A DNA stretch of 64,000 nucleotides, from the NCBI GenBank assembly GCA_036405915.1, contig DASWWP010000053.1, positions 26,343 through 90,342 on the forward strand, written 5' to 3'. The notes below the pieces were generated by a model that saw only the letters and a program-made list of their open reading frames with translations, searched no databases and was not told the origin of the DNA. How positions within the stretch are numbered: the first letter of the stretch is position 1; every line of letters starts with the position of its first letter. This document shows positions 57,182-64,000 of this stretch, piece after piece. A program made the translations under genes and the position numbers. Source of the DNA: Pseudomonadales bacterium (lineage in GTDB: Bacteria; Pseudomonadota; Gammaproteobacteria; Pseudomonadales; Pseudohongiellaceae).

Positions 57182-57202
57182 TGTGGCCACTTTGTGACCA
57201 CA
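57182..57202. promoter_or_regulatory. Near-perfect 9-3-9 inverted repeat TGTGGCCAC-TTT-GTGACCACA in the divergent control region
   Basis: Read directly. One mismatch. Sits between the divergent 992-aa gene and rsbR. Confidence 0.3.
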
Positions 57203-57522
57203 CTCACGTTACAAGACTGAGGTACAAAAGAGTGGGGAACCTTTGCCCGATCTGCTTGACGCGACGTGGCGTTTGGCGCCAGCAAAGGCCCTCCGGCAGG
57301 GGTTCTTGCAGGCCTTTCCCCGATGCCTTTTCGGGTATTCGCCTGATATAGCACAGGAAGGGACCCTAGTAGTTTGCCGCCCACACTGCGGTCGGTCCGG
57401 ATGGAAAATAACCCTAATGGCGCTACGGTATTGCCGTAGCAGGGTCCCGGCGGAACCGCAGGCGGGTTCAGGCAGCTTTCTGAAACCGGCAACAAGCAAA
57501 TTCAAAACAGGGTGATTGCGAT

Positions 57523-58497
57523 ATGAGAGACGACAAAGAAGGAAAACGCGGCCTGGCCCCCGTAAAGACGGCGCGGCGCGTAGGGCAGCGGCCACAGTAT
57601 CTGGCCAGTGAGGAGCTGTTGAGCCCGCCTGTCGATGAATCCTACATTGAAGTTCTGCGCGAACTCGTCGCTCACCTGCGCCAGAAGCGTACCGAACTGC
57701 GCGAGGAATGGGCCCGCCGCATCATGCAGGCGCGACTGTTGAAGGCGATGACCGAGGACGAGATCCTCGCCGAGTGTTCGGCCGTATACGACAACTACCT
57801 CGGTACGCTCGAAACCGGTTCGCTCGAAGCCCTCGAAGCCTACGCTCGCGACCTTTCCGAACGCATCATTCCGCGTGGCGTCGAAACGCATGAGGTACTC
57901 GGCATCGTACTGCTGCTGAGGGACGTACTCGCCCGCTCGCTGTTCGCGAAGTACGGCCACAACGAAAGCATCCTGTTCCGCGTACTCGACGCGTACGAAC
58001 CGGCTGCAAACAGGATCGCAAACACGGTGGCCGTCGGCTTCGTGCAGGAGCGCGAACGCGTCATCCGCCAGCAGCAGGAAGCCATTCGCGAACTGTCGAC
58101 TCCAGTATTGCCGGTACGCGAACGCCTGCTGATTCTTCCCATCATCGGCATCATCGATCCGCAGCGCGCGCGCCAGCTTACTGAACAGGTACTGCGCGGC
58201 ATCCGCGTGAACCGCGCACGCGTCGTCGTAATGGACCTCACCGGCGTACCGTCGGTCGACGCGGCCGTTGCAAACCATCTTGTCCAGACCGTGGAAGCCT
58301 CGCGCCTCGTCGGCGCGAACGTGATCGTGACGGGCCTGTCGCCCGAACTGTCGCAGACCCTCGTCACGATCGGCGTGGACCTCGGCAAGATGTTCACGGT
58401 GGGCGACCTCCAGGGCGGTATCGAAGAAGCCGAAAAACTCCTCGGCTACAAGGTCGTACCGATGAATCCCAAAAACGACTTCTCGTCGGTAGGCTAA
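57523..58497 (+). CDS. rsbR: RsbR-type stressosome sensor (N-terminal helical sensor domain + C-terminal STAS)
   Basis: ELSTPVLPVRERLLILPIIGIIDPQRARQLTEQVL, VVVMDLTGVPSVDAAVANHL, GANVIVTGLSPELSQTLV. Confidence 0.85.
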   Translation: MRDDKEGKRGLAPVKTARRVGQRPQYLASEELLSPPVDESYIEVLRELVAHLRQKRTELREEWARRIMQARLLKAMTEDEILAECSAVYDNYLGTLETGSLEALEAYARDLSERIIPRGVETHEVLGIVLLLRDVLARSLFAKYGHNESILFRVLDAYEPAANRIANTVAVGFVQERERVIRQQQEAIRELSTPVLPVRERLLILPIIGIIDPQRARQLTEQVLRGIRVNRARVVVMDLTGVPSVDAAVANHLVQTVEASRLVGANVIVTGLSPELSQTLVTIGVDLGKMFTVGDLQGGIEEAEKLLGYKVVPMNPKNDFSSVG

Positions 58498-58501
58498 GGC
58501 T

Positions 58502-58879
58502 GTGGAAATCCCAATTCTCAAACAGCGGGATTATCTGATCGCATCGGTGCAGTCCGTACTGACCGACGAGGATCTGGTGAATCTGCGCGACAAGCTTGTC
58601 CAGCAGGTGGGCCGCTACCGTTCCGACGGCGTGATCCTCGACGTAACCGGCATGGATGTAATCGATTCCTTCTCCGTGCGCACGCTTCGCGACCTTGCGC
58701 ACATGATTCGCCTGCGCGGCGCGACGACCGTGATCGTCGGCATCCAGCCCGAGGTTGCCTTTTCGATGATCCAGCTCGGCCTGCGCCTGAAAGACGTGCC
58801 GACCGCCCTGGATCTCGAGGAAGGCCTCGCGTATCTCGACCGCAAGAAAGGGAAAAGGACGCTGCCGCCGCATGAGTGA
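58502..58879 (+). CDS. rsbS: RsbS-type STAS-domain stressosome scaffold / antagonist
   Basis: GTG start. IPILKQRDYLIASVQSVLTDEDL, VILDVTGMDVIDSFSVRTL (conserved Ser), VIVGIQPEVAFSMIQLG. Confidence 0.85.
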   Translation: MEIPILKQRDYLIASVQSVLTDEDLVNLRDKLVQQVGRYRSDGVILDVTGMDVIDSFSVRTLRDLAHMIRLRGATTVIVGIQPEVAFSMIQLGLRLKDVPTALDLEEGLAYLDRKKGKRTLPPHE

Positions 58880-59351
58880 GAAACCACCCAGCCTGCCTTT
58901 CGGGTCAGGAGGCGCCGGTACGATTCCCGGCGGCAAGAACAGCCCCCGCGACGTGCGCGTAGAAGCACGGGTCACGATCAAGGCTGTCGAAGACATCGTG
59001 GAAGCACGGCAAAAAGGCCGCGCACTGGCGCAGGAGCTCGGGTTCTCGATGACCCAGTCCACGCTCGTCGCGACCGCCATTTCCGAGCTCGCACGCAACA
59101 TCGTGCTGTATGCGAAGACCGGCGAAATCATCCTCTCGCGCGTCAGCACGGATCATCACGTAGGCCTCATCATCATCGCCGCGGACAAAGGTCCCGGCAT
59201 AGCCAATATCCAGCATGCGCTGATGAGCGGTTATTCCTCGTCCGGCGGGCTTGGCCTCGGCCTTCCCGGCGTTCGGCAGATGGTCGACGAGTTCGACATC
59301 AAGAGCCGCCCGGGCGAAGGGACGCAGGTTACCGCGCTGATGTGGTTGTAA
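58872..59351 (+). CDS. rsbT: RsbT-type serine/threonine kinase
   Basis: Overlaps the rsbS end by 8 nt. TAISELARNIVLYAKTGEI, DKGPGIANI, GYSSSGGLGLGLPGVRQMVDEF. Confidence 0.88.
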   Translation: MSEKPPSLPFGSGGAGTIPGGKNSPRDVRVEARVTIKAVEDIVEARQKGRALAQELGFSMTQSTLVATAISELARNIVLYAKTGEIILSRVSTDHHVGLIIIAADKGPGIANIQHALMSGYSSSGGLGLGLPGVRQMVDEFDIKSRPGEGTQVTALMWL

Positions 59352-59379
59352 GGCGCGTGCGCGCGAAGGACGGCAGGGA

Positions 59380-59988
59380 ATGAAGAAGACCGGCATCGTG
59401 GAGTGGTCGGTGCGAGAACGCACGCTTCCCGGAGAGACCTATTCCGGCGACCGCTGCCTCGTGAAGGAAGTTTGGGAAGGCGTACTGATCGCCGTCATCG
59501 ACGGCATCGGGCACGGCGAAGAAGCTGCGAAGGCGGCCGACTGCGCGGTGGCCACGATCGAAGAGAACGCCGACCGCTCGTTTTCGCTGCTGCTGCAGAA
59601 ATGCCATGCGAACCTGCAGAAGACGCGCGGTGTCGTCATGAGCCTCGCGTACGTCGATGACCAGAGAACGATGACGTGGATGGGCGTCGGCAACGTGGAA
59701 GGCCGGCTTATCCGGCGCCGCATACAGTACTCGGACAAGACCGAGGCACTGCTGCTGCGCACCGGCGTCATCGGCGGCGATGCGGAGTTCACGCCGAGCT
59801 TCTACCCGCGAGGGCTCGCGCTCGTGCGTGGCGACCTGCTGATCATGGCGACCGATGGCATCAGGAGCGACTTCGACGTCGATGTCGACATCGCCTCGGG
59901 TCCCCGGCGGATCGCGGACGATATCATCGAAAACAAGTGCAAACCGAATGATGACGCACTGGTCTTCGTCGGCCGGTATACCGGATAG
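59380..59988 (+). CDS. rsbX: RsbX-like PP2C/SpoIIE-family phosphatase
   Basis: 202 aa. SGDRCLV, IAVIDGIGHGEEAA, LIMATDGI, DDALVFVGRY. Confidence 0.8.
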   Translation: MKKTGIVEWSVRERTLPGETYSGDRCLVKEVWEGVLIAVIDGIGHGEEAAKAADCAVATIEENADRSFSLLLQKCHANLQKTRGVVMSLAYVDDQRTMTWMGVGNVEGRLIRRRIQYSDKTEALLLRTGVIGGDAEFTPSFYPRGLALVRGDLLIMATDGIRSDFDVDVDIASGPRRIADDIIENKCKPNDDALVFVGRYTG

Positions 59989-59996
59989 AACCTGGG

Positions 59997-60932
59997 ATGG
60001 GGATCCAACTGAACGTGGCCGAGAACCTGAACGACTTTTCCAGCCAGTATCAGAAGATGCTGAAGAGATACCTGCTGGAGGGCGGCGAAGAATATTTGCA
60101 CGGCGCGTACGAGCTCGGGCGCAAGGCGCTGGGCGGCGGGCTGGGCCTGCTCGACATCACGTATGCACACCAGGCCGCATTGCCCGTGCTGCTGCAGAAT
60201 ACCGAAGACGACCGGTTCCTGCTGCTCGTGCGCGCAGCCAACCGCTTTCTCGACGAGACGCTGTCACCATTCGAAGTCTCGCGCCTGAGCAGCATGGATG
60301 CGAACTCCGCGCTGCGGCGCCTGTACGATGTGCTGGAAGAAGAAGCCAAGCGCATCGCGCACGTGCTTCATGACGATGCCTCGCAGCTGCTCGCGGTGGC
60401 CTACCTGGAACTCGCGGACATCGTGCGCACGTCGCCGGGCCCGGTGGCCGAACGCGTCGGCGTCGTCATCACGCACCTCGACGAGATACGCGAACAGATT
60501 CGCCGGCTGTCGCACGAACTGCGGCCGCTGATTCTCGACCAGCTTGGCCTCGTGCCGGCCCTGAACTTCCTCGCGAACGGCTTCACGAAGCGCTCGAGCC
60601 TCCAGATCGTGATCACAGGCGATACCGGCGGCCGCCTGCCGCAGGCCATCGAGACGGTGCTGTATCGCTGCGTGCAGGAGGCCCTGAACAACGTGAACCG
60701 CCATGCAAAGGCGACACGCGTGGACATCAAGGTGTGGGTCGAGGACGAATGCATCCACTGCGTCGTGCGCGACAACGGAGTTGGTTTTGAGGTACCCGAG
60801 GACCGGAAACGCATGTTCCGCGGCCTCGGTCTGGTAGGCATACATGAGCGCGTGGGTGCGCTCCATGGTGAATGCAAACTTTCATCCGCTCCTGGAGAGG
60901 GAACGGAACTGCAGGTGGTGATCCCGCTATGA
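59997..60932 (+). CDS. Soluble histidine kinase: RsbU_N-like N-terminal domain + HisKA_3 + HATPase_c
   Basis: N-terminus FSSQYQKMLKRYLLEGGEEYLHGAYELGRKAL...DITYAHQAALPVLL parallels my recollection of the RsbU N-terminal (RsbT-binding) domain. H-box RIAHVLHDDASQLL. N-box QEALNNVNRHA. G-box DNGVGF, GLGLVGIHERV. No TM segment. Confidence 0.8.
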   Translation: MGIQLNVAENLNDFSSQYQKMLKRYLLEGGEEYLHGAYELGRKALGGGLGLLDITYAHQAALPVLLQNTEDDRFLLLVRAANRFLDETLSPFEVSRLSSMDANSALRRLYDVLEEEAKRIAHVLHDDASQLLAVAYLELADIVRTSPGPVAERVGVVITHLDEIREQIRRLSHELRPLILDQLGLVPALNFLANGFTKRSSLQIVITGDTGGRLPQAIETVLYRCVQEALNNVNRHAKATRVDIKVWVEDECIHCVVRDNGVGFEVPEDRKRMFRGLGLVGIHERVGALHGECKLSSAPGEGTELQVVIPL

Positions 60933-61573
60933 ACGTAGACATGAAGAAACACATCGTACTTGCCGACGACCATTCCATGTTCCGCCAGGGCCTGGCCGCG
61001 CTTCTCGAACGGGAAGGCTTCCACGTCGTGGGCCAGGCCACCAACGGCCACGAAGCGATCCAGCTCGTGCAGCAGCACAAACCGCTGCTCGCGATCCTCG
61101 ACTTCGGCATGCCGCTGCTGAACGGCATCGACGCCGCGCGCGAGATCCACAAGCGCGCACCGGATACGCAGGTATTGCTCCTCACGATGTTCGAGGACGA
61201 TGCCTATGTGCTCGAGGCTCTGCGTGCCGGCATCCGTGGCTACGTGCTGAAGGCGCAGGCCGCGCGCGACCTGATCAATGCGATCAGCGAAATCCTGCGA
61301 GGTTCGATCTACCTCAGCCCCGGCATCTCCGAGGCGGTGGTGAAGGCCTACATGTCGAAGGACGAACAGCCCGCGGAAGTGCTGACCGATCGCGAACGCC
61401 AGGTGCTGCAGCTGATCGCCGAAGGGCATACGACGAAGAAGACGGCGTCGCTGCTCGACCTCAGCGTCAAGACCGCCGAGTCGCATCGCACGCGCATCAT
61501 GCAGAAGCTCGACATTCACGACACGGCGGGCCTCGTGCGCTACGCAATCCGCCGCGGCCTGATCAAGCCCTGA
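60929..61573 (+). CDS. NarL/FixJ (LuxR-type HTH) response regulator 1
   Basis: ATGA overlap with the kinase gene. LADDHSMFRQGL, ILDFGMP, LLLTMF, YVLK, LTDRERQVLQLIAEGHTTKKTA. Confidence 0.9.
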   Translation: MNVDMKKHIVLADDHSMFRQGLAALLEREGFHVVGQATNGHEAIQLVQQHKPLLAILDFGMPLLNGIDAAREIHKRAPDTQVLLLTMFEDDAYVLEALRAGIRGYVLKAQAARDLINAISEILRGSIYLSPGISEAVVKAYMSKDEQPAEVLTDRERQVLQLIAEGHTTKKTASLLDLSVKTAESHRTRIMQKLDIHDTAGLVRYAIRRGLIKP

Positions 61574-61610
61574 GGCGCAACACCATCCACCCGGGGCGGT
61601 CTTTGCCGAC

Positions 61611-62255
61611 ATGATACGGATTCTGCTGGCGGACGATCACGCGTTGTACCGCGAAGGACTGCGCCTGCTCCTCGAGCGGGCCGGCTCGTTCACGATCGTC
61701 GGCGAAGCAGCCGACGGCGGCGAAGCCGTGCGCCTCGCCTTCGAACTGCTGCCTGACGTGATCCTGCTGGACATCAGCATGCCGGTTTACAACGGCATCG
61801 AAGCGACGGCGCGGATCCGCAAGGCCTGGCCGCACGCCAAGATCGTGCTGCTATCTATGCATGAAGACGAAACGACGATCCTCGAAGCCCTGAAGGCCGG
61901 CGTGAACGGCTACGTGTTCAAGACGCAGACGGAGCGCGACCTCGTGCACACGATCGAAGTCGTCGCGGACGGCGCATTCTTCCTTGGCCCGAACATTCCG
62001 CACAGCGTGATCGACGCGCTGACGCACAATGCGTCGCATGTATCCGATGCGCTGACGGAGCGCGAACAGCAGATCGTCGCGCTGATCGCTGACGGGAAAA
62101 CCTCGCGTGAGATCGCGGAGATCCTTCACCTGAGCCCGAAAACCATCGAGTCGCACCGCGCGCGAATCATGCAGAAATTGAAGCTCCAGCAGACGACCCA
62201 GCTCGTCTGTTACGCCGTGCGCGCGCAGATGCAGCGTCTCGCACCTCTTCGTTAA
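61611..62255 (+). CDS. NarL/FixJ (LuxR-type HTH) response regulator 2
   Basis: LADDHALYREGL, LLDISMP, VLLSMH, YVFK, LTEREQQIVALIADGKTSREIA. Confidence 0.9.
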   Translation: MIRILLADDHALYREGLRLLLERAGSFTIVGEAADGGEAVRLAFELLPDVILLDISMPVYNGIEATARIRKAWPHAKIVLLSMHEDETTILEALKAGVNGYVFKTQTERDLVHTIEVVADGAFFLGPNIPHSVIDALTHNASHVSDALTEREQQIVALIADGKTSREIAEILHLSPKTIESHRARIMQKLKLQQTTQLVCYAVRAQMQRLAPLR

Positions 62256-62408
62256 CGAAGCGTTGCCTCGCTAGGGTCTTTTCCCCCGCCGCTCTCAGGC
62301 ACATTTCCGGGCTGAAAGCAGGCATTTCCCGCTGTGATGAGCTGCGTTACACGAGTACCTTTTCACCCGTTTCAGGGAATTCCTCAACAACAACTCAGGA
62401 GTGCTTTC

Positions 62409-63041
62409 ATGCGCATCATCCTTGCTGACGACCACACAATGTTCCGCCGCAGCCTCGCCCAACTCCTCGAGAGGGAAGGCTTTGAAATCATGGCGGAGGC
62501 TTCTGACGGGATGGAAACTGTCGCACTGGCCGCAAAACTCGACCCCGACGCCGTCGTATGCGACATGAACATGCCGCACCTCAACGGTGTCGAAGTAACC
62601 CGCGAACTGCAACGCCAGGGGCTGCGCGCGAAAACCGTGATCCTGACGATGTTCGAAGACGATGTCAGCGTACGTGAAGCACTGCGTGCCGGCGCCACCG
62701 GCTACGTCCTGAAGACCCAGGCCCCGACGGACCTCGTCCAGGCCCTGCGCGAACTCGCCGATGGCCATCGTTACCTGAGCCCCGGCATCACGAATTCCGT
62801 CGTCGACGCGTGCCTGCGCCGTAACGACGACGAGGACCAGGCCGACGCCCTGACCTCGCGCGAGCGCCAGATCCTGCAGCTCGTTGCCGAAGGCAACGCC
62901 ACGAAGGAAATCGCCCGCCTGCTCAATCTCACGATCAAGACCGTCGAATCGCATCGCAGCCGCCTGATGCGCAAGCTCGACACCGGCAACATCGCAGGCC
63001 TCGTACGCCACGCGGTGCGCCAGGGCATCATCCGTCCGTAA
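62409..63041 (+). CDS. NarL/FixJ (LuxR-type HTH) response regulator 3
   Basis: Part of ORF 62334..63041. AGGAG before ATG 62409. LADDHTMFRRSL, VCDMNMP, VILTMF, YVLK, LTSRERQILQLVAEGNATKEIA. Confidence 0.9.
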   Translation: MRIILADDHTMFRRSLAQLLEREGFEIMAEASDGMETVALAAKLDPDAVVCDMNMPHLNGVEVTRELQRQGLRAKTVILTMFEDDVSVREALRAGATGYVLKTQAPTDLVQALRELADGHRYLSPGITNSVVDACLRRNDDEDQADALTSRERQILQLVAEGNATKEIARLLNLTIKTVESHRSRLMRKLDTGNIAGLVRHAVRQGIIRP

Positions 63042-63172
63042 GCGATCGTGAAGCGCCGCATCGCCCGATGCGCGCAATCGCGAAGCTGAAATGCGCCGCG
63101 TGAGCGGCGCAGCACAAAGTGTTTGTTGCTCCACGTTTGTCTGTCTGCTCCATGCTTCTACTACGCTGGTTC

Positions 63173-63205
63173 CCCTGCTGTGCAGTTCGCGGCAGGGCTT
63201 TTCTT
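63173..63205 (+). terminator. Rho-independent terminator-like hairpin downstream of response regulator 3
   Basis: 10-bp stem CCCTGCTGTG / CGCGGCAGGG (two G-U pairs), 5-nt loop, then CTTTTCTT. Confidence 0.55.
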
Positions 63206-63330
63206 CGTCCGACTTCCATGTTCCACCCACTTCAGCGCGCCATGCTGCTGCGCGATGATTTCCGCACCTCGTGAGTTCCGACTCGCAAGGAGCCCCTGAA
63301 ATCCTGGAACCCCTCCAGGTACCCTTTGAT

Positions 63331-63366
63331 GGAGCGGAGAAGTGGCCTTCACCGCTCCTTTTTTTT
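63331..63366 (+). terminator. Canonical rho-independent terminator with no annotated gene in front of it
   Basis: GGAGCGG-A-GAAG...CTTC-A-CCGCTCC followed by T8. Confidence 0.75.
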
Positions 63367-63565
63367 CTGCGCCGATTTTGAACGCACCCCTTCCGCCTGC
63401 AGGCTCCATCCGTGCAGGCAGGCAACTGGCAGAGTGGCGCTGGCAGCGATACCAGTCGCCCGCGATGCAGCGGTGCCGGTGTAGCGGAAGGTATAGCGGA
63501 CGGGTTTCGTCCGGATTCAGATCGACGGGAAGAATGGAGACGCGAGATGCGTCTTCGGGCCGACA

Positions 63566-63591
63566 GGAAAGGCGCGACAGCCGAAGCTGTC
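63566..63591 (-). terminator. UUCG-tetraloop hairpin overlapping the stop of the OmpR-type gene
   Basis: Minus strand reads TGACAGC-TTCG-GCTGTC-GCGCCTTTCC. The U-run is weak. Confidence 0.4.
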
Positions 63592-64000
63592 AGCGCTTGA
63601 TCCAGTCCAGCGCAATGTCGATGCGGTAGCCGATGTTGCGGACCGTGATGATGTGCCCACCGGTTGGATCGATCTTGCTGCGCAGGCGGCCGATGTGGAC
63701 ATCGACGGTGCGCGTGTTGATGTCGAGTTCCTTGTCATGCCCCCAGACGCGCTGCAGCAGCGTGTCGCGCGTGAGCACCCTGCCCTTCGCTTCGAGCAGC
63801 TCCTGTAGCAGTCTCGCTTCCTTGATCGTCAGGTTCACCGGGGCGCCGTTCACCGTCACCGCCCAGCGATCCAGGTCCATCTCGATGCCGCCTGCGCGCA
63901 GGATGCGCGGCGCCTTGCCGCCCTGGCGTCGCTGCAGGGACTTGATGCGCGCAAGCAGCTCTTCCATGTTGAAGGGGCTTATCAGGTAATCGTCGGCGCC
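63590..64000 (-). CDS. OmpR/PhoB-type response regulator, N-terminal receiver mostly outside the window
   Basis: Reading frame is open to the window edge (ADDYLISPFNMEELLARIKSLQRR). Winged-helix LTIKEARLLQELL, RDTLLQRVWG, RTVDVHIGRLRSKI, VRNIGYR. Confidence 0.88.
   Translation of the reverse strand, partial: GADDYLISPFNMEELLARIKSLQRRQGGKAPRILRAGGIEMDLDRWAVTVNGAPVNLTIKEARLLQELLEAKGRVLTRDTLLQRVWGHDKELDINTRTVDVHIGRLRSKIDPTGGHIITVRNIGYRIDIALDWIKR

Noticed and set aside
57182-57202. Sigma-54 promoter (TGGCAC-N5-TTGCW) overlapping the TGTGGCCAC..GTGACCACA repeat
   Set aside because: GG is present, but the -12 element would read GTGA rather than TGC at the required spacing.
63342-63629. Track ORF 63342..63629 (+), 95 aa
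   Set aside because: It starts inside, and reads straight through, a canonical terminator hairpin and T8 run. Its Arg/Ser/Gly-rich composition looks non-coding.
1-64000. CRISPR arrays, tRNA/rRNA genes, IS elements, integrases, phage or classical defence-system genes
   Set aside because: I scanned for direct-repeat arrays, GGTTCGA-type T-arms, transposase/integrase motifs and nuclease/helicase defence signatures. None could be supported.

Overview
Visibly GC-rich (strong GC3 codon bias) proteobacterial-type chromosomal DNA. About 56 protein-coding genes can be supported. No rRNA, tRNA, CRISPR array, IS element or prophage gene was recognised. All family assignments come from reading motifs by eye, not from searches. 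1-20 kb holds mixed housekeeping and periplasmic genes: two RraA-family paralogues, a Cfa-family methyltransferase, RluF, an NPP/alkaline-phosphatase-family enzyme, a Zn-ADH, class I fumarase, a TesA-like esterase and NhaA. It also holds a translationally coupled rhodanese / di-haem peroxidase / Tat-metallophosphoesterase / cytochrome c operon, a YbbA/YbbP-like ABC pair, a DUF2157 + GDYXXLXY pair and a stand-alone RlmK-like methyltransferase. 20.3-51.5 kb is one ~30 kb all-plus-strand exopolysaccharide (EPS) locus. Export and assembly genes: a degenerate GlmS-like amidotransferase domain, an OM barrel, a Wza-like lipoprotein, a Wzz/GumC-like protein, a BY-kinase, an initiating sugar transferase, a YvcK/CofD-like protein, Wzy-like and Wzx-like proteins, four GT-B glycosyltransferases and one membrane GT2. 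Modification and precursor genes: a CelD/FemAB-like acyltransferase, a NodB deacetylase, two AsnB-type amidotransferases, a heparinase II/III-like protein, an AlgD-like dehydrogenase, a secreted beta-helix protein, a PMI cupin and an SDR epimerase. The content resembles XrtA/PEP-CTERM-associated EPS loci, but no exosortase is present in the window. 51.6-63 kb is the most unusual part. It has two tandem secreted matrixin-like proteins with an HYxxHxxGxxH motif, and a 992-aa secreted propeller/Fn3/LamG-like protein followed by an orphan RsbT-type kinase. Divergent from these is a stressosome-type module RsbR-RsbS-RsbT-RsbX whose output is a soluble RsbU_N-domain histidine kinase followed by three tandem NarL/LuxR-type response regulators. 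My best candidate for an undescribed system is this stressosome-to-two-component circuit together with the adjacent secreted pseudo-metzincin / adhesin-like genes and the EPS locus.
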